DNA of 42,835 nt from Cercozoa sp. M6MM (Eukaryota; Protista; Endomyxa: Ascetosporea): assembly GCA_040357565.1 (NCBI GenBank), contig JBDODJ010000093.1; one strand, given 5' to 3'. This document shows positions 12,785 to 25,700 of this stretch, one piece after another; within the stretch, counting starts at the first letter, position 1, and each line of letters starts with the position of its first letter. A program made the translations under genes and the position numbers. The notes beneath the pieces are model-generated. The model searched no databases. It saw only the letters and a program-made list of their open reading frames with translations, and was not told the origin of the DNA.

Positions 12785-15452
12785 TGTGTGTGTGTGCTGT
12801 GTTCTAGTCAAGCATCAAAGAGAATCTGCGCAGGGCTCAAAACACGCGACTGCTGACGGACAGTTTCGGCTGGTTCAACGATCAGACGTGTGCGTCGTTC
12901 CAATGTGTAGACTTGGCATCCCATACCATTGCACTTGCTTTTGTGTGCGTGTGCAGCACGACAGCAGGACGCGCAGGAGTTCGTGCGGCGGTTCTGGAAT
13001 CACCTGGACGAGAAGGTATGTCAATTGTACACGTGGGAGGTGTGTATGATGTTGGTGCCTGCGGCAGGGTGAGAAGGAGCTGACAAAACTGTTCGAGGGT
13101 TGCGAGACCTCGCGTATCGAATGCCGCCATGTGGATTTCACGTCGTGTCGCAGCGAGGATTTTCATGGTACAGAATAACAGACGAATGGACTGCACGAAT
13201 GAACAATGCAACTGTAACCCGGCAGACCTGTCGCTGCCGCTGGCGTCGGTGCGGTCGCTGCGAGGGGCACTCGATGGCTACACACGCGCCGAGTCACTGG
13301 ATGGGGGTAAGCGTTCCTTCCCTCCCTTCTTTTGAGAGAACAAAATGGGTGTCCTGCCACAGAGAACAAGTACGACGCCGGCAAGCATGGCAAGCAGGAC
13401 GCAACGAAGCGACTGACGTTCTCGCGTCTGCCCAAGGTGTGTCTTATTCCGTGCCATCACTTTGTGTCTACCCTACGCACCCCCTGAGACAGGTGCTGCA
13501 ACTGCACTTCAAACGCTTCCTCATGGACTGGCACACTGGTACATTCGTACTTTCGGTTGTTTGTGTATATACACAACATATTGCATAGAGACGGTCAAAA
13601 AGGACTCGCGTCGCGTTCAGTTTCCCTCGACACTTAAGTTGCACACCGAGGTTAGTTGTTAGTTTGTTTGGGTGTATTCTCCTTGATTAAGATGTTTTCT
13701 GCAGGACGAAAACGGCGAAAAAACTGAGCGCGAGTTTTCGTTCTTTGCGGCGATTTTTCACCACGGCGACACGATCAATCACGGGCACTACACGTACCAA
13801 CGATATTAATTGTCAGAGTTGCTTCTTTTTCTATTTTAAGCGCGTATTACCTTGATTAGGTGTGCGATTCGTGTTGCAAAAGATGTCAGTTTCTGTTCAG
13901 TTTGTGAAGCTTTCGTTTTCGCTTGTCTTCAGTCGTGCTTTCCTTTTCGCAGGTGATTCTAAACTTTGACGACACCAAGGTCACGCAGATACACGACCTG
14001 TTCGATAATCCGTCCTACAAGGTACAACACGTCGACAATCAATGGTTTTTCGTGTTGTGGCGTGAAGTTTTGTTGGAACAGAGACGCGCGTACTACGTTT
14101 TCTACCTGGACGAGGAGACCACCGCGGCGCAGTTCGGACACGAAGTTCACAATGTACTTTTTTCTCCAACAACCGACTCTACACCTTTTGTGATCTGCAT
14201 GCTTTGTGTGTTAGCTCCGCCAAATGCTGGCGAGTGAAATTCCTGCCGGTTTCGCTGATTTCTTTCACTCGGACGTAAGTTGTGTTTCTCGTCGTCGTAT
14301 TTGTTCACTTCCGTGCGGAAGTTTACCTTGGTTTCTTTGTAGGAAAACAAGGCAGAAAAACTCCGCAACGAGCTGTGGGATTCTGCTCGGTACTTGAGGT
14401 GTCTTGCTGTGTGACACAAGTGGATTTTCCTTTGTATTATAGCCAAGTCCAAGTTCCAGTTGTGAAACTGAACGATCTGATCGGCACATCGCTGGTAGCG
14501 CTTTTGTGAGTTTTGAGTTTTTTTTTTTTTTTTGTGATTCCGATCGCTGGCGCAGGTGGGCAGTGCGCTGGATTACGCGAAACACAAATCGACGCAATGT
14601 TGGCTGGTACACGCACTATGTATTTTGTTCGAGTTCTCTCGTTAAATTCGCTCGTTGCATAGCACCCGAGAACTGGTCTGCACGTTGATGGCATTCCGTC
14701 CGAGCGACTGGTAGCGTTGAGTTCTCTGAACAACCACAGTGAGGCACGCGTGCATGTGTGTGTGCATGTGTGTGTGTGTGTGTGTGTGATGTTGTGGATG
14801 TGGGTGTATGTGTTGATTTGGCAGGCGACGTTCATGATGACCGGTAGTAATTTAGTGCCCCTAGACGAAGGCATGCTGCGCGACTATGTTGACTACGTTA
14901 TCGATAAGGTAGAATGCTTCCGAATACATGTGCTGGTTGCTTGATTTTTATTGTGTTTTAGGGTGGAACAAAGGTGTTATTGCTCGCTGCTGACAATGCC
15001 GACTGGGCGGTACCAGTTGCCTCCTATATCGATATAAATATAAATTGAGTGTATGTCCACATGCATGCTTTTGTCCTGACGGTTTGTTGCAGTCCCAGAA
15101 TGCGCGCGTGCTGTCGCATATTCGCGAGAAGATCGATCCGCGCGACCCACGCTTTACTGAAACAGGGTACCTTCCGTCCCTTTCTCTATTGTCTAAGTCT
15201 CTCGTGTTACGTGTGCCTCTGCATAGCGATGTGGATACCTTTTCCAAGAACGCCTTCCTCGTGCAGAGGCTAGCGTACGCTACCGTGCTTTGTGACGGCA
15301 AGAGAGTGCTGCGTGACGGCCAGAGGGTGTTGAAGAAGCACCTGGAGAGCATTCGAGAGCTTGGTCGGGTGCGCCATAGCTTCGTGCTTGAGCTGCACAA
15401 GAACTGTCGTGAGGTTGGATAATCCGTATCTCTGTGTGTGTATACAGGGGCA

Positions 15453-15527
<75 letters not shown>

Positions 15528-15537
15528 NNNNNNNNNN

Positions 15538-15588
<51 letters not shown>

Positions 15589-18109
15589 TGTCTGTGCAGG
15601 TGGTTCCCGTGGTGCCGCATCTATTGCTGCGGTGTGAGGAAGACCAGCTCGTGTTCGAGAACCTAGTGATGCTGGCGTCCAAACCGACCGACCGCGCGGC
15701 CGACTGTGTCGCCAGAATACGTCGTGCGTGTGGCCTGCCCGACGGTATTCCCTCTGTGTCCCACCTTCTTTACCTCGCATGTGTGTATGAGAGCAGAGCC
15801 ATTGCTGGTGGCTACGCAGTCACTGCATTTGAAAGGAAAGCCGAGTGCTCTCTGCGCCGACGGTGACGGTACACTCTGCTCTTCCTGTTACCTACGTGTA
15901 ATGAGTACATGTTTGTGTTTATTTATGTGTGTGTGTATGTTGCAGTGGACAAGGCCGTGGCCAACACCTTCCTGAGCGACGCCGTAGACAAGCCAGAGTC
16001 GCTGCTGCTCATGCAAGAGGCGCCGATCGACCTGTCCGATCTGTGCGAGCATGGTAGCTCGACCTTATGATCGACCTTATGGTTTATGTGTTGATCTGAC
16101 ACGTGCCAACTGATGTATGTGAGGGTGTGTAATTGCAGGCGTCCTGGCGATTGCGAATCGAGAGTCCCACCGCGTCGTTGTCACTGTCGGTGCACTCGCC
16201 TTGCTCGGTCCTGGCTGCGGTCGCGCTGTGTTGCGAAAGACGGCCACTGCCTTTGGGTACACAGTCAGTCAGTCAGTCCAACCACATGGGCTGTGAGATG
16301 GGGATGGACCGTTTGACTTTGGCTGCAGTTTCGTGTGCAACGAGTGCACGCTGAGTGGCGACAGCGACGGCGACAACGAGTTTGGTATCGTAATGTGCAG
16401 CGCCTCGGTCCCCTTGTCGCGCTTGTTCGTGCTGCTGTCCAAAGCGCTCGATGTGCCTCTGTCACGGGTACTCGGTTGTCTCTCTCTACTGTATATCCTT
16501 GTCGTTTATGTGTACGTGTGTGTATGTGTATAGTTGCTGCTTCAGCATGGTGCTCGAAACAAGTACTTCTCGTACGCTTGGGCACAGGTACTAAGTCTTC
16601 ATGGCGATAGGCATATATATATATACATATATATGTATACATATATTCATTATATATTAAAATACATTGCTGTTGCAGGAGCATGACAACGTGCACACGC
16701 CGTCGGAGGTGACTCTGGCCATTGTATCCAACGATGTCGGCGGCGAAGACGGCCTGCGGAAGAACAGTTACTCTCTGGCGCGAGTGCGGTGCTTTGTGCC
16801 GCCGCTCTTTGTGCCGCGCACCGTCACTCTCGCTCTGCGAGGGTAGTCTGCCCTTGTGCGTCCTGTCTGTCCATGTGCTTCACGTGTGCTGTGTGCTGTG
16901 TATGGTACAGTGGCAGCGATACACTGCAGGTGCTGCTGGAGGCAGTACCAGCGCTGCGAAACACACTGCCGGCGCTCGCTGCCGTCGGTATCCAGCGTCG
17001 TGGTCTCATTCTTCCCTCTACCCCTCCCCCGTACTCCTTGCTGTGTATACATGGCCTTGTATACAGGCGGAACACACACAATACCGAGAGAAACCGTCGA
17101 ACGTTCGTTGCAACTGCTGCTATGTCGTGTCGATTTGAAGAAGCGACGACCATTCGAGTGTAGTCTCTTCTGTGTCAGTGTTCTCATGGAGTTCTATGGA
17201 AAGGTTGTGTCCCACAGTGCCTCGTAAGTCGCTTGACAACTTTGTTCTGGCGTGGTCGCTGCGAGGCACTCGGCCCGGCCCGCACGTGTTCCTGACGCGA
17301 CTGGCGGCGTCGCACAAGGTAGCCTTACTTGGAGGGTTCTAGGTGGATACAGAAGGACACACATGTGGCAGGGCGAGTCGACGCCTGTGTTGCCGCCCTT
17401 CATGTGGCAAGCATCTTCAACGTACCTTTCTTTTTCTTTTGTTTGTTAGTGAAGTCCTGGGCTTGACTGGGTTTGTGTAGTCCAAATGGCGGGATTGATG
17501 GATCAGCGATGGCAACGCGGGTGCCCGAGTCAGTGCTGCCCTTCCTCCTGCTGCTGGGCGTACCTCTCTTTCCCTACCGAGTGCCTGTAGATACACCTGC
17601 TCGTGTTGTCTAGTTGGAGCCGCAAGAGGTCCGCCAGGTCGATGATTCTCACCGAATCGACGATGCAGACTCACGTGTGTTCCAATCGGTAGTTGCCTCC
17701 TGTGTCCCTCAGTATCTAGTGTCCTTTGTCTAGACTCTCTTGTTCTGCAGGACAAGTGGAACCAACGCAGACTAAAGGTGCAGGCTCCCAGCACTGGATG
17801 TACCTACGTACTGCGTTGTCGCGACCTGGATGGTGCCGTTGTGTTCACTTGTTTTCTCTCATTCTCCAGTATGCTGTTGTTGCTGGTGATGCAGGTGTGC
17901 CAGTGTACTACGACACTGCCAACAGCAGCAGCAGCAGCAGCAGTAGCAGCAGCAACAGCAGCGACAAAACCAGTGCCAGCACTGCTTTCGCGCGGACGAG
18001 TAATGACCATAGTCACCAACGTGACTCCGACAGCTCGAACGACCTGTGCACCGACATTGACGAGCTCGACGACAACGCTCCGCCGCCGCCCAGCACGCTC
18101 GAGTTTTAG
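10255..18109 (+). CDS. Ubiquitin-specific protease (peptidase C19, USP7/USP47-like) with long N- and C-terminal extensions
   Basis: Cys box GLINQSCTCYLNSYLQ (~12098-12148), QQDAQEF, LFEGCETSRIEC..VDF.S.R.EDF, ENKYDAGKHGKQDA, LPKVLQLHFKRF, His box HHGDTINHGHY, FDDTKV, AYYVFY. The frame continues through ...EIPAGFADFFHSD|ENKAEKLR into downstream exons. The catalytic core is secure; both ends (10255, 18109) are inferred. Confidence 0.8.
11892..12017 (+). repeat. Coding 15-bp tandem repeat encoding eight (H/N/Q)(V/E)TP(R/K/G) pentapeptides
   Basis: CACGTGACACCCAGA-type units giving HVTPR HVTPR NVTPG QVTPR QVTPK HETPK HETPK HETPR. Confidence 0.9.
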
Positions 18110-18397
18110 CGCGCCGTGTGTCGTGTACCGTCCAGTACTCAACTAGCTTAGGTTTTAGTAGGCGAATCGAATCGAATCGACAATGAGCTTGTGTCGCGCG
18201 TACCCGTTGTTTCGATTTACTTAATTTTTTTGTAAGTTCTCTTGCTCTGCCGCCCCCCATAACTCCCCTTTTGGTTGGTCAGGTACTGCAGGGTGGCGAG
18301 CTACAAGTGAGTGGCGTGAGTTGCCCAACGGTTCAGTTGGGCGACAAAGAAGAAAAGTAGGAGCGAAGACAACTGGTCCCGGAGAGATCAGATACCT

Positions 18398-18401
<4 letters not shown>

Positions 18402-18464
<63 letters not shown>
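18402..18464 (+). repeat. (AG)n microsatellite abutting a dispersed repeat copy
   Basis: Pure AG run directly followed by the repeat core at 18461. Confidence 0.95.
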
Positions 18465-18468
<4 letters not shown>

Positions 18469-18541
18469 CCTTTGAGTTCAGCTGCAAAAGCTTGCTCAAG
18501 GTTCAACAGTCTGGACCGAAGATCTCACGCTCTAGGTCAGG
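18461..18541 (+). repeat. Dispersed intergenic repeat, copy A
   Basis: AGAGCCCTCCTTTGAGTTCAGCTGCAAAAGCTTGCTC is 36/37 identical to 33031-33067, and both copies are followed by ACAGTCTGG and TAGGTCAGG. Confidence 0.85.
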
Positions 18542-19307
18542 ATAGTTAGTTAGTTCAGTCTTCTAAGAACATTGAAGCTTGGCGACTTGAAGCCGTCAAA
18601 CGTGCGTCATTGGGGTACGAGCCGTCAAACGTGAGTCATAGGGTTGCTTCTGCAGGATACAGTAGCTCATGCAGTAACATGCAATCTCGCAAAAGAACTA
18701 ACCAACAAAATCTAGGCACGCGGTTCGGTTGCGCTGGGCTTTACGTGTTGACGTCCGTCGGTCCAGTCGTCGTCGCAATCGGTGTCCGCCCCCTGTCCCG
18801 GCCACACGACCTGATTGGCCCCCATGTGCACGGAGTGCTGCAAGGGAAAGTGATTGAAAAGCGGGCAGGGTAAAGAAGGGAGGGGGGGTACCGGCGATGA
18901 CGAAATCGAAGCGGTACTGCGACGACGGCGACACTGCCGTGTGCTAGGCGGCGACCACGGTCCAGTCAGTTAGCGTCTCTGCCAAAGAAAAACGTTCGAG
19001 AGAGTACTCTACCTGGTGATAGTTTCAACTACCTCGCCTCGACCGTGTCTGCGTGCGGCGGTCGCGGCTGTCAGACCGTCGGCTGCGGCTGCTGGCTGCT
19101 GCAACTGTTCGGAGTCTCCGCGAACATTGCGCTTGAATTATGACTTCTGAGCGCGCTTCTTGTTTGTGTTTGTTTTTTGTTGTTGTTTGTGTTTGTGTTA
19201 TTGTGACTGTTTTTTGTTTGTGTTTGTGTTTGTATGTTGTTGTTTTTGTGTTTGCGATTCTTGCTGTTATTGTTTTTTTGTTTGCTGTTTTATTGTGCGT
19301 GCTTGAC

Positions 19308-21031
19308 TCAGCCGTTGGTCATGTGATATTCATGGTCAATCGGCTTCGTCTTTGTCGAACTGAGAAACCAGACGATGCTCACGACCAGAGCGACGATCAC
19401 AAAAACAAGGAAGACGGTTGACCGGTCCCAGGTCCAGCCTGAGTTCCCCTTCTCCTCTACGCACAAAGCACGTGTTGAGTCCATTCACGCCAAAGCAACA
19501 CAACAAAGCACCTGCGCTCTTGCCTGCCGATGCTTCAATCTCGATCTACACGAACCATTGGTGCCAGTAGGAAAACAACTTTCATAAGACAAATGAACCG
19601 GAGCTGGCGGCTGAAGACGTTTCTTGACGCGGCCGTAAACGCGTCGGAGCGCAGCGCTCCAAGCCACCGTGCCGTCGGCAGTCAACTGATCGATCAAACG
19701 GCAAATCTTACGGAGGTCGTCCTTGCTGGCCGTTGGACGAGCGTGGAATTCGCACTGTCCCCAAATCAACACAGCTTACAAACTCGACACACGCAAGTAG
19801 GAAGATACATCGTACCACGGCAAGCAGTATGCTGTGCTGCAAATTCGAATCCGCGTCTATGAAGCATGCAGCTCGTGCTGTCAGTACGGCCTTCAGCGCG
19901 CCGATCAGCTGGCTGCGCGTTTCGCCTTCGAAGACGTCACAGAGCCGGAGCAGACTGGCCAGAGTGGCAGTCGAGGCACTGTTGGGCGACTCCGCAACAG
20001 AAGTCGCAACTTCTAGCACGAAGTGCGACACAGCCTTCGCTACAAGGACAGTACTCCCAATATCCCGGTATAGTTCAAAACTCAGCACACAAGGCACGAG
20101 ACTACCAGCCCAACGTGCATCGCCTCTTTGACATGCGACGTCGAGTTCGACGAGCCATCGGCCGCGACGATAGGGCCGCGCCGCACCGGAAACGGCGGTT
20201 CCTGCACAGAATGAGGGTCTATGCGCACCACAAAACCACGATTAAGTAGACACACTGGTACCGGCAACCGCTTGAGCAACTCTTGCTCGATTTTGCCCTT
20301 CTGACTCGGACTTGCGCTGACACTCGCTCGTCCAGCTGCCTCGACGCCAGCCAGTGCCTCCACCGGCAGGTCGGCCCCGGTGTTCTTACTCGGAAACATG
20401 ACTGCCTACGTACAGACCGACAGTTTTACGCTCTGCTGCAACACTAAAAGACTTGAGTCTGCTGTACCAGCTTGTTTCGCAAGGCAGCTTGCGTGGGTGT
20501 GTCCGCGTCGTCAAGAACAACCAGCATAGCAAGCGCCTCCGCGCATTTCGCTTCCACACAGTCAACCGTGTTCTGGATGAACGTTTCGTTCTCTAACACG
20601 TGCGCAGCCTTCAAAAGGAAGAACTGCAGCAGGTGCTTTTCCGGCGCACTGACAGCGCCCAACGTTGCAAAGCATCGTTTCGCCACCGCGTGCACCGAGT
20701 GTGTCTGTGCAACAAAAAGATTCACTCGGCCAGCAATGCTTCCCACAGCTTCAGAAACTACCACATGCTCGATCAGGCGGCGTTTGGTGTCCCAGACAAA
20801 GTGATTGTGACGCTCGGCGGCCACAATCTCCAGCAACGCCAACGTGGCGTTTGTGCTTGTGTATCGTAAGATCGTCTCTGCATCTTCTTCCGTGGCTGTG
20901 CGCGGCGATCTAATGATGCGATTGGCCAGTTCGGCCACCTCGGCCACCTCGGCCACCTCAGCCTGAAAGCCAACCACACAATACGAAAGATCAGAATTTC
21001 CAAAACGCCAGAACGAAACTAATACCTCCAT
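19308..21031 (-). CDS. Hypothetical helical protein with a C-terminal transmembrane segment (tail-anchored-like)
   Basis: ME|AEVAEVAEVAELANRII... followed by several exons, ending WTWDRSTVFLVFVIVALVVSIVWFLSSTKTKPIDHEYHMTNG*. Confidence 0.6.
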
Positions 21032-21349
21032 TTGTCCGCTTTTCCCAGGCTTGTTGTGAGTGAGTGTTCTCAATTCTTTGTGGGTTTGTGGTGTTGGGGA
21101 ACAGCATCGATTTTCTTCGAACTTTCCCGTGATCTCCGACCACTCGCCCCCTTAAAAGATACGAAAACAACACCCGCGCTTTGAGCCAATCGGCGCGGCT
21201 GGATAGATCAGAACTGTGTTAGCTACCATGCTTTTGCATTGGGATATGTTTGCTATAGCAGTGTGCGTTATCCACTCAGAATAACACACGATCAGGCAAT
21301 ACTCGTAACGAGAGACAGGACGAGTACTAGTATTCCCACACGAGATTCG

Positions 21350-22728
21350 TCACTCAGGCTGCAGGTTAAACAGCAGTTCGTTGCGCCGGTGCAGTCGACG
21401 CAGCCAGGCAGGCCGTGTGTCAGATGGCGTGCCGTGAGAAGGCATGTCATGAGGTATCGACGGCCTGCCTGTGTTGGAGGAAGAAGAGCGCGCCGGAACC
21501 ATGAGGTTGGGCGAACGCGAGACCTCACGGCGCAGCGGTCCGTCCTTGGCGTTGCCGACACCGGCGCACTCGTCGAAGGAAGGCTCGACGCCAAAGTCGT
21601 CGCGCAGCTCGCGTGCTGGCAGCTTGATGGCCCACCAGAGTCCAAAGGCGAGCCAGCGCTGCCGTAGCCACCAGTGCAGGCCGAACCACTTGGACTCCAG
21701 TCGCTCCACATCGACCGACGTGATACGCACACAGCGCGCCAGTTCCAGGTCGAAGAAACGCTGCAGTCGATCGCACAGGTGCGGCTCTATTGTCAGCACC
21801 TTGAGTTCCTTCGCGTTTGCGAAACTCAGCGCTGTCCGGGGGGGGTAAGGGGATAGGATAGAGGGGGTATGGGGTACCGTCCAAATTGAAGGTGCCGAGC
21901 ATTGCCAATCGTCCATCAATCAGCAAGTTCTATCAGGGGTGGGGTAAGAGGGGGGTAAGAGAGGGTAAGAGGGAGGAGTAAGAGGGGTAAGAGGGCAGGG
22001 AGCACCTTGGCATGCAGCTCGCGCGCAGCGTACTCGTAGAGTTCGGCGCCGCACTCGTGCAGTATGCGCGAGTAGTAGGCCACGAAGGCGAAGCGTCCGA
22101 GCGGCTCGTCGCACTTGTCGCCGCTCGTCATGATGCGCACGCGCACGCCGCGCGACACTGCGTCCTTCAGGGCATCCAGTATCGGCTCTGCAGCCCATAG
22201 GTTAGTCCATACACGAGTCCATAATTTAGTCCTGTCCATACACGAGTCCATCTGTACCAGGTGGGAACAAATACGGCGACATGATATCGATGCTGTGTCG
22301 AGCGTTATTGATACTGTTGAGTAGTGCACGTTGGATCTGTCCGTGTCGAAGCACCGGGTTGCTGCGCAGCACCTGCAGCACCGCCCACTCGCGCGTGCCT
22401 CGCAGTCGCACATTGTCCTGCGACGGACCGCACAGACCCACCGACGGGTCCTGGGATAGCCGGGTATAAAGGGTAGAATAGGGTAGGGTAGGGTAGGGTA
22501 GGGTAGGGTAGGGTAGGGTAGGGGTAGGGTAAGGTAGGGTAGGGTAAGGTAGGTAGAGTAAGGTAGGGTAGGGTAGGGTAAGGTAGGGTAGGGTAGGGTA
22601 GGGTAGGGTAGGGTAGGGTAGGGTAGGGNNNNNNNNNNNNNNNNNNNNNNNNNNNNNNNNNNNNNNNNNNNNNNNNNNNNNNNNNNNNNNNNNNNNNNNN
22701 NNNNNNNNNNNNNNNNNNNNNNNNNNNN

Positions 22729-22772
<44 letters not shown>

Positions 22773-25700
22773 AAGCTACCACTCCGGTCGAAGCACTGCC
22801 GCAGCGCCCACACGGGCAAGGCGCGACTCTTGTGACTCCGCATTCGCGCCGTCTCCTTCACCCTCTTGGGCCAGTACTTCTGCGCACACGGGCAGGGGGT
22901 AAACAGGGGGGTAAACAGGGGGGTAAACACGCACCTCAGGCATCTTGGAGGCAATGTGTGCCACACGCGACACCACCGATCGATCTGCAATCAGAGAAAC
23001 CGTCAGTCCAGCTCAGTAAGAAACCGTCCCCAGTCCTCAGAAGGATCAGTATCAACACAAGAGAAACGCACCGAGCATTCGTCGGTACATTGCGAGAGGA
23101 TACGTCTGTGATTTGTTATTGGCTACACACAAGGTGTACGGTCCATTTGGACCAAAAGAAATGGACAGTCCGCAAGTACCACGTAGTAGCCGCACACGGC
23201 GCAATCGCATCGCCAGTTGCCGCACGCGCTGACGCAGCATGTGCCGGTGCAGAAGCGCGTGCACCGCCGCTCTTCTCTTCCTGCCGGGGGGGGGGGGGTA
23301 AAGGGTAAAGGGGTAAAGGGTAAAGGGGTCAAGGGGTAAAGGGGGTCGGGGGTAAACACACCGCTGCACCGGCGTCAGCGTCTTCTTGGTCTTGCGAATC
23401 GCTGGCGGCGGCCGGCGCTCGCGGCGCGACGACACGCCGGGCTGCACCACCGGCCTTACCTTCAGACGACCGCTCTTGTCGCGAATGTACTTGCCCTTGA
23501 GAGCCACTTCCTCCTGCATCTGCGTCACCAGCTCACGCACGCGGTACAAGTCTGTGCGTTGCGAGGCCTTCTCGCCCTCCACTCGCACCACCGGCTTCAC
23601 TGACGGCGAATTGAAGCGATGAACGCTCTCTTGCCGTATCCTGTCCCAGCATGCACACACAGCACACTCCAGGATACAGCACACTCCAGGATACACACTC
23701 AACTGCTCTACAAACTCCTGATATCACTCAAAATTAAAACGCACAAACCGTCACATGCAAACTGCAAAACCGTCACTCAAAAATCAAAAAACCAAAAACA
23801 CACAGCTACCGCTCATTGACGCGCCGTAACTCTTCTCGATCGTACTCACGCAACGGCTCGTACTGAAACAGCCCCTTGTCGTTCTCAAGCAGCTCGAGAC
23901 GCTTCTGGACCTCGGATTTTTCGGGCTCCGGCTTCACGCGCTTGCGCTTACGCAACCGTTTTCGCTTTTGTGGTCGGCCACGCTTGTTTTTGGCCCGCTT
24001 GTGCCTGTCATGTGCGTGTGGCTGCACGAAGCGTGTCCTGGAGCCGCTGCTTTTGACACCGGCCGACCGCCGATCGCGGATCATTTGGGCCAAGTCGTTT
24101 GGGTGGTCGAGTAGCCACTCACACATTAATTCGCTTTCCTGCAAAACACACAGGATACAGGCGGTGCTAAGACTATCCAGGTGCGCGTGGGTAGTACTGA
24201 GAAGGCATCAGAAAGCTGCTGGACGGCAGGGCCCTCGATTCGCATGTGCATGTCACAGAAGCGTGCCGTGCCGAATCGCTGCAAAACAAGCGAGAGAGAT
24301 AGGTCATTTAGAGAGTGTGGGGAGGGGGAGGGGTCTACCTGGCCAACGTAGTCGCCGCCGAGATTCATGCCGCCAGTGAAGCCGACAGTTCGGTCGACCA
24401 CGAGGAGTTTGCGGTGATCGCGCCGAAATTTGTTCAGCGCGAATCGCGGCAACCGCAGCGGCAGCAGTCTGCGGGGGGGGGGTAAAGGGGGTAGGGGGGT
24501 AAAGGGGGGTAGGGGGTAAAGGGGAGTACCGCATTGGCTGCAGCGACGGTGCGTTGAACGCGTGTACTCGCATGAACGGCAGATTCACAAAGGTCTACAG
24601 TAGGCACACATAGTCACTGAGTGGTCACTGTATGATTACTAAGTGATCACATAGTCACTGAGTGGTCACTGTCTGATCACTAAGTGAGCACAGGGTACCT
24701 GACGGTGCATCAACTGCAGCAGCATCGGAAACGAGCCCAGGAAGTCCAGCACGAAGCGCACGTCGACGCCCTTGCGCGCAGCCATGCAGAGCTCCTTCAC
24801 CCTAGGGGGGGGGGGGGAGGACGTGGGGAAGAGGGGGGGTAAGACGGGGGGTATAAGTCTACCGAACAGCGCGCCACATCTCCGCAAAGGCGCGATCGCC
24901 AAACAGAAATTTGACCTACACAGAGGGGTAAGGGATAAAGGTAGGAGGGTAAAGGGGTAAACACCCTCGTAGCCAGCGTCAGCGTCGGCATTTCGCGTCG
25001 CCTGTTTCGATCGTGCCACTTGGACTGCAGGGGGTAAAGAGGGGTAAGGGAGGCCAGAGGGGTAAAGCGGGGGTGAAGAGGGGGTGAGGGGAGTAAAGAG
25101 GGGAGTAAAGAGGGGGGTAAAAAGGGGGGTAAAGAGGACCTACCGTGTGAAACTTCTGTGGCGACAGCAGATACGAAGTCGGTTGCGGCGGCTGCAGTCG
25201 CTTCTGCCGCTGCTGTTTGAAGCGCTTCCACGACGCACTCACCTTGCGTCTGAGGAGGGGGTAAACAGGGGGGTAAACAAGGGGGTAAAATGAGGGTAAA
25301 GTGAAGGAAGCCGGGGTAAACACGCGGGGGGGGGGGGCTAAAGAAAGAGGAGGGAGTACGCAAGTGCACTGCCGCGGTAGGCCAGTTTCGATCTGAATCG
25401 CGCCGTGTCCATGCGATGCTTTATGTGCTTCAGTGCCTGCTCGGTAAGGGGGTACAGGGTAAGGGGGTAAACAGGGGGGTAAAGGGGGGGTAAGGGGGGG
25501 GGGGGTAAACCTTTGGCGCACGCAGACGCGCGAAGAAACGCCGCATGCGCGACTTGGGAGCACTACCATACACACAAAGAGATACAGTACTGGCTACAAA
25601 TACTGGCTACAAGATACACTATGTCCAATGGACAACACACACACGGAATGGACCATAGTCTGTACATGGTCTTGACGAAGGACGGAGCGTCGTAGCCATG

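Noticed and set aside
14743-14824. GC-AG intron in the USP gene
   Set aside because: An in-frame GT donor 6 nt downstream explains the junction equally well.
12125-15866. HT-, CV- and LPYPT-rich ORFs in the six-frame track (also 4193, 21916-22990, 29485-30063, 40791-41086)
   Set aside because: They are translations of intronic microsatellites.
22729-22770. Long poly-C/poly-G run
   Set aside because: It abuts an N gap and has the opposite polarity to the other introns of this gene; probably a sequencing or assembly artefact.
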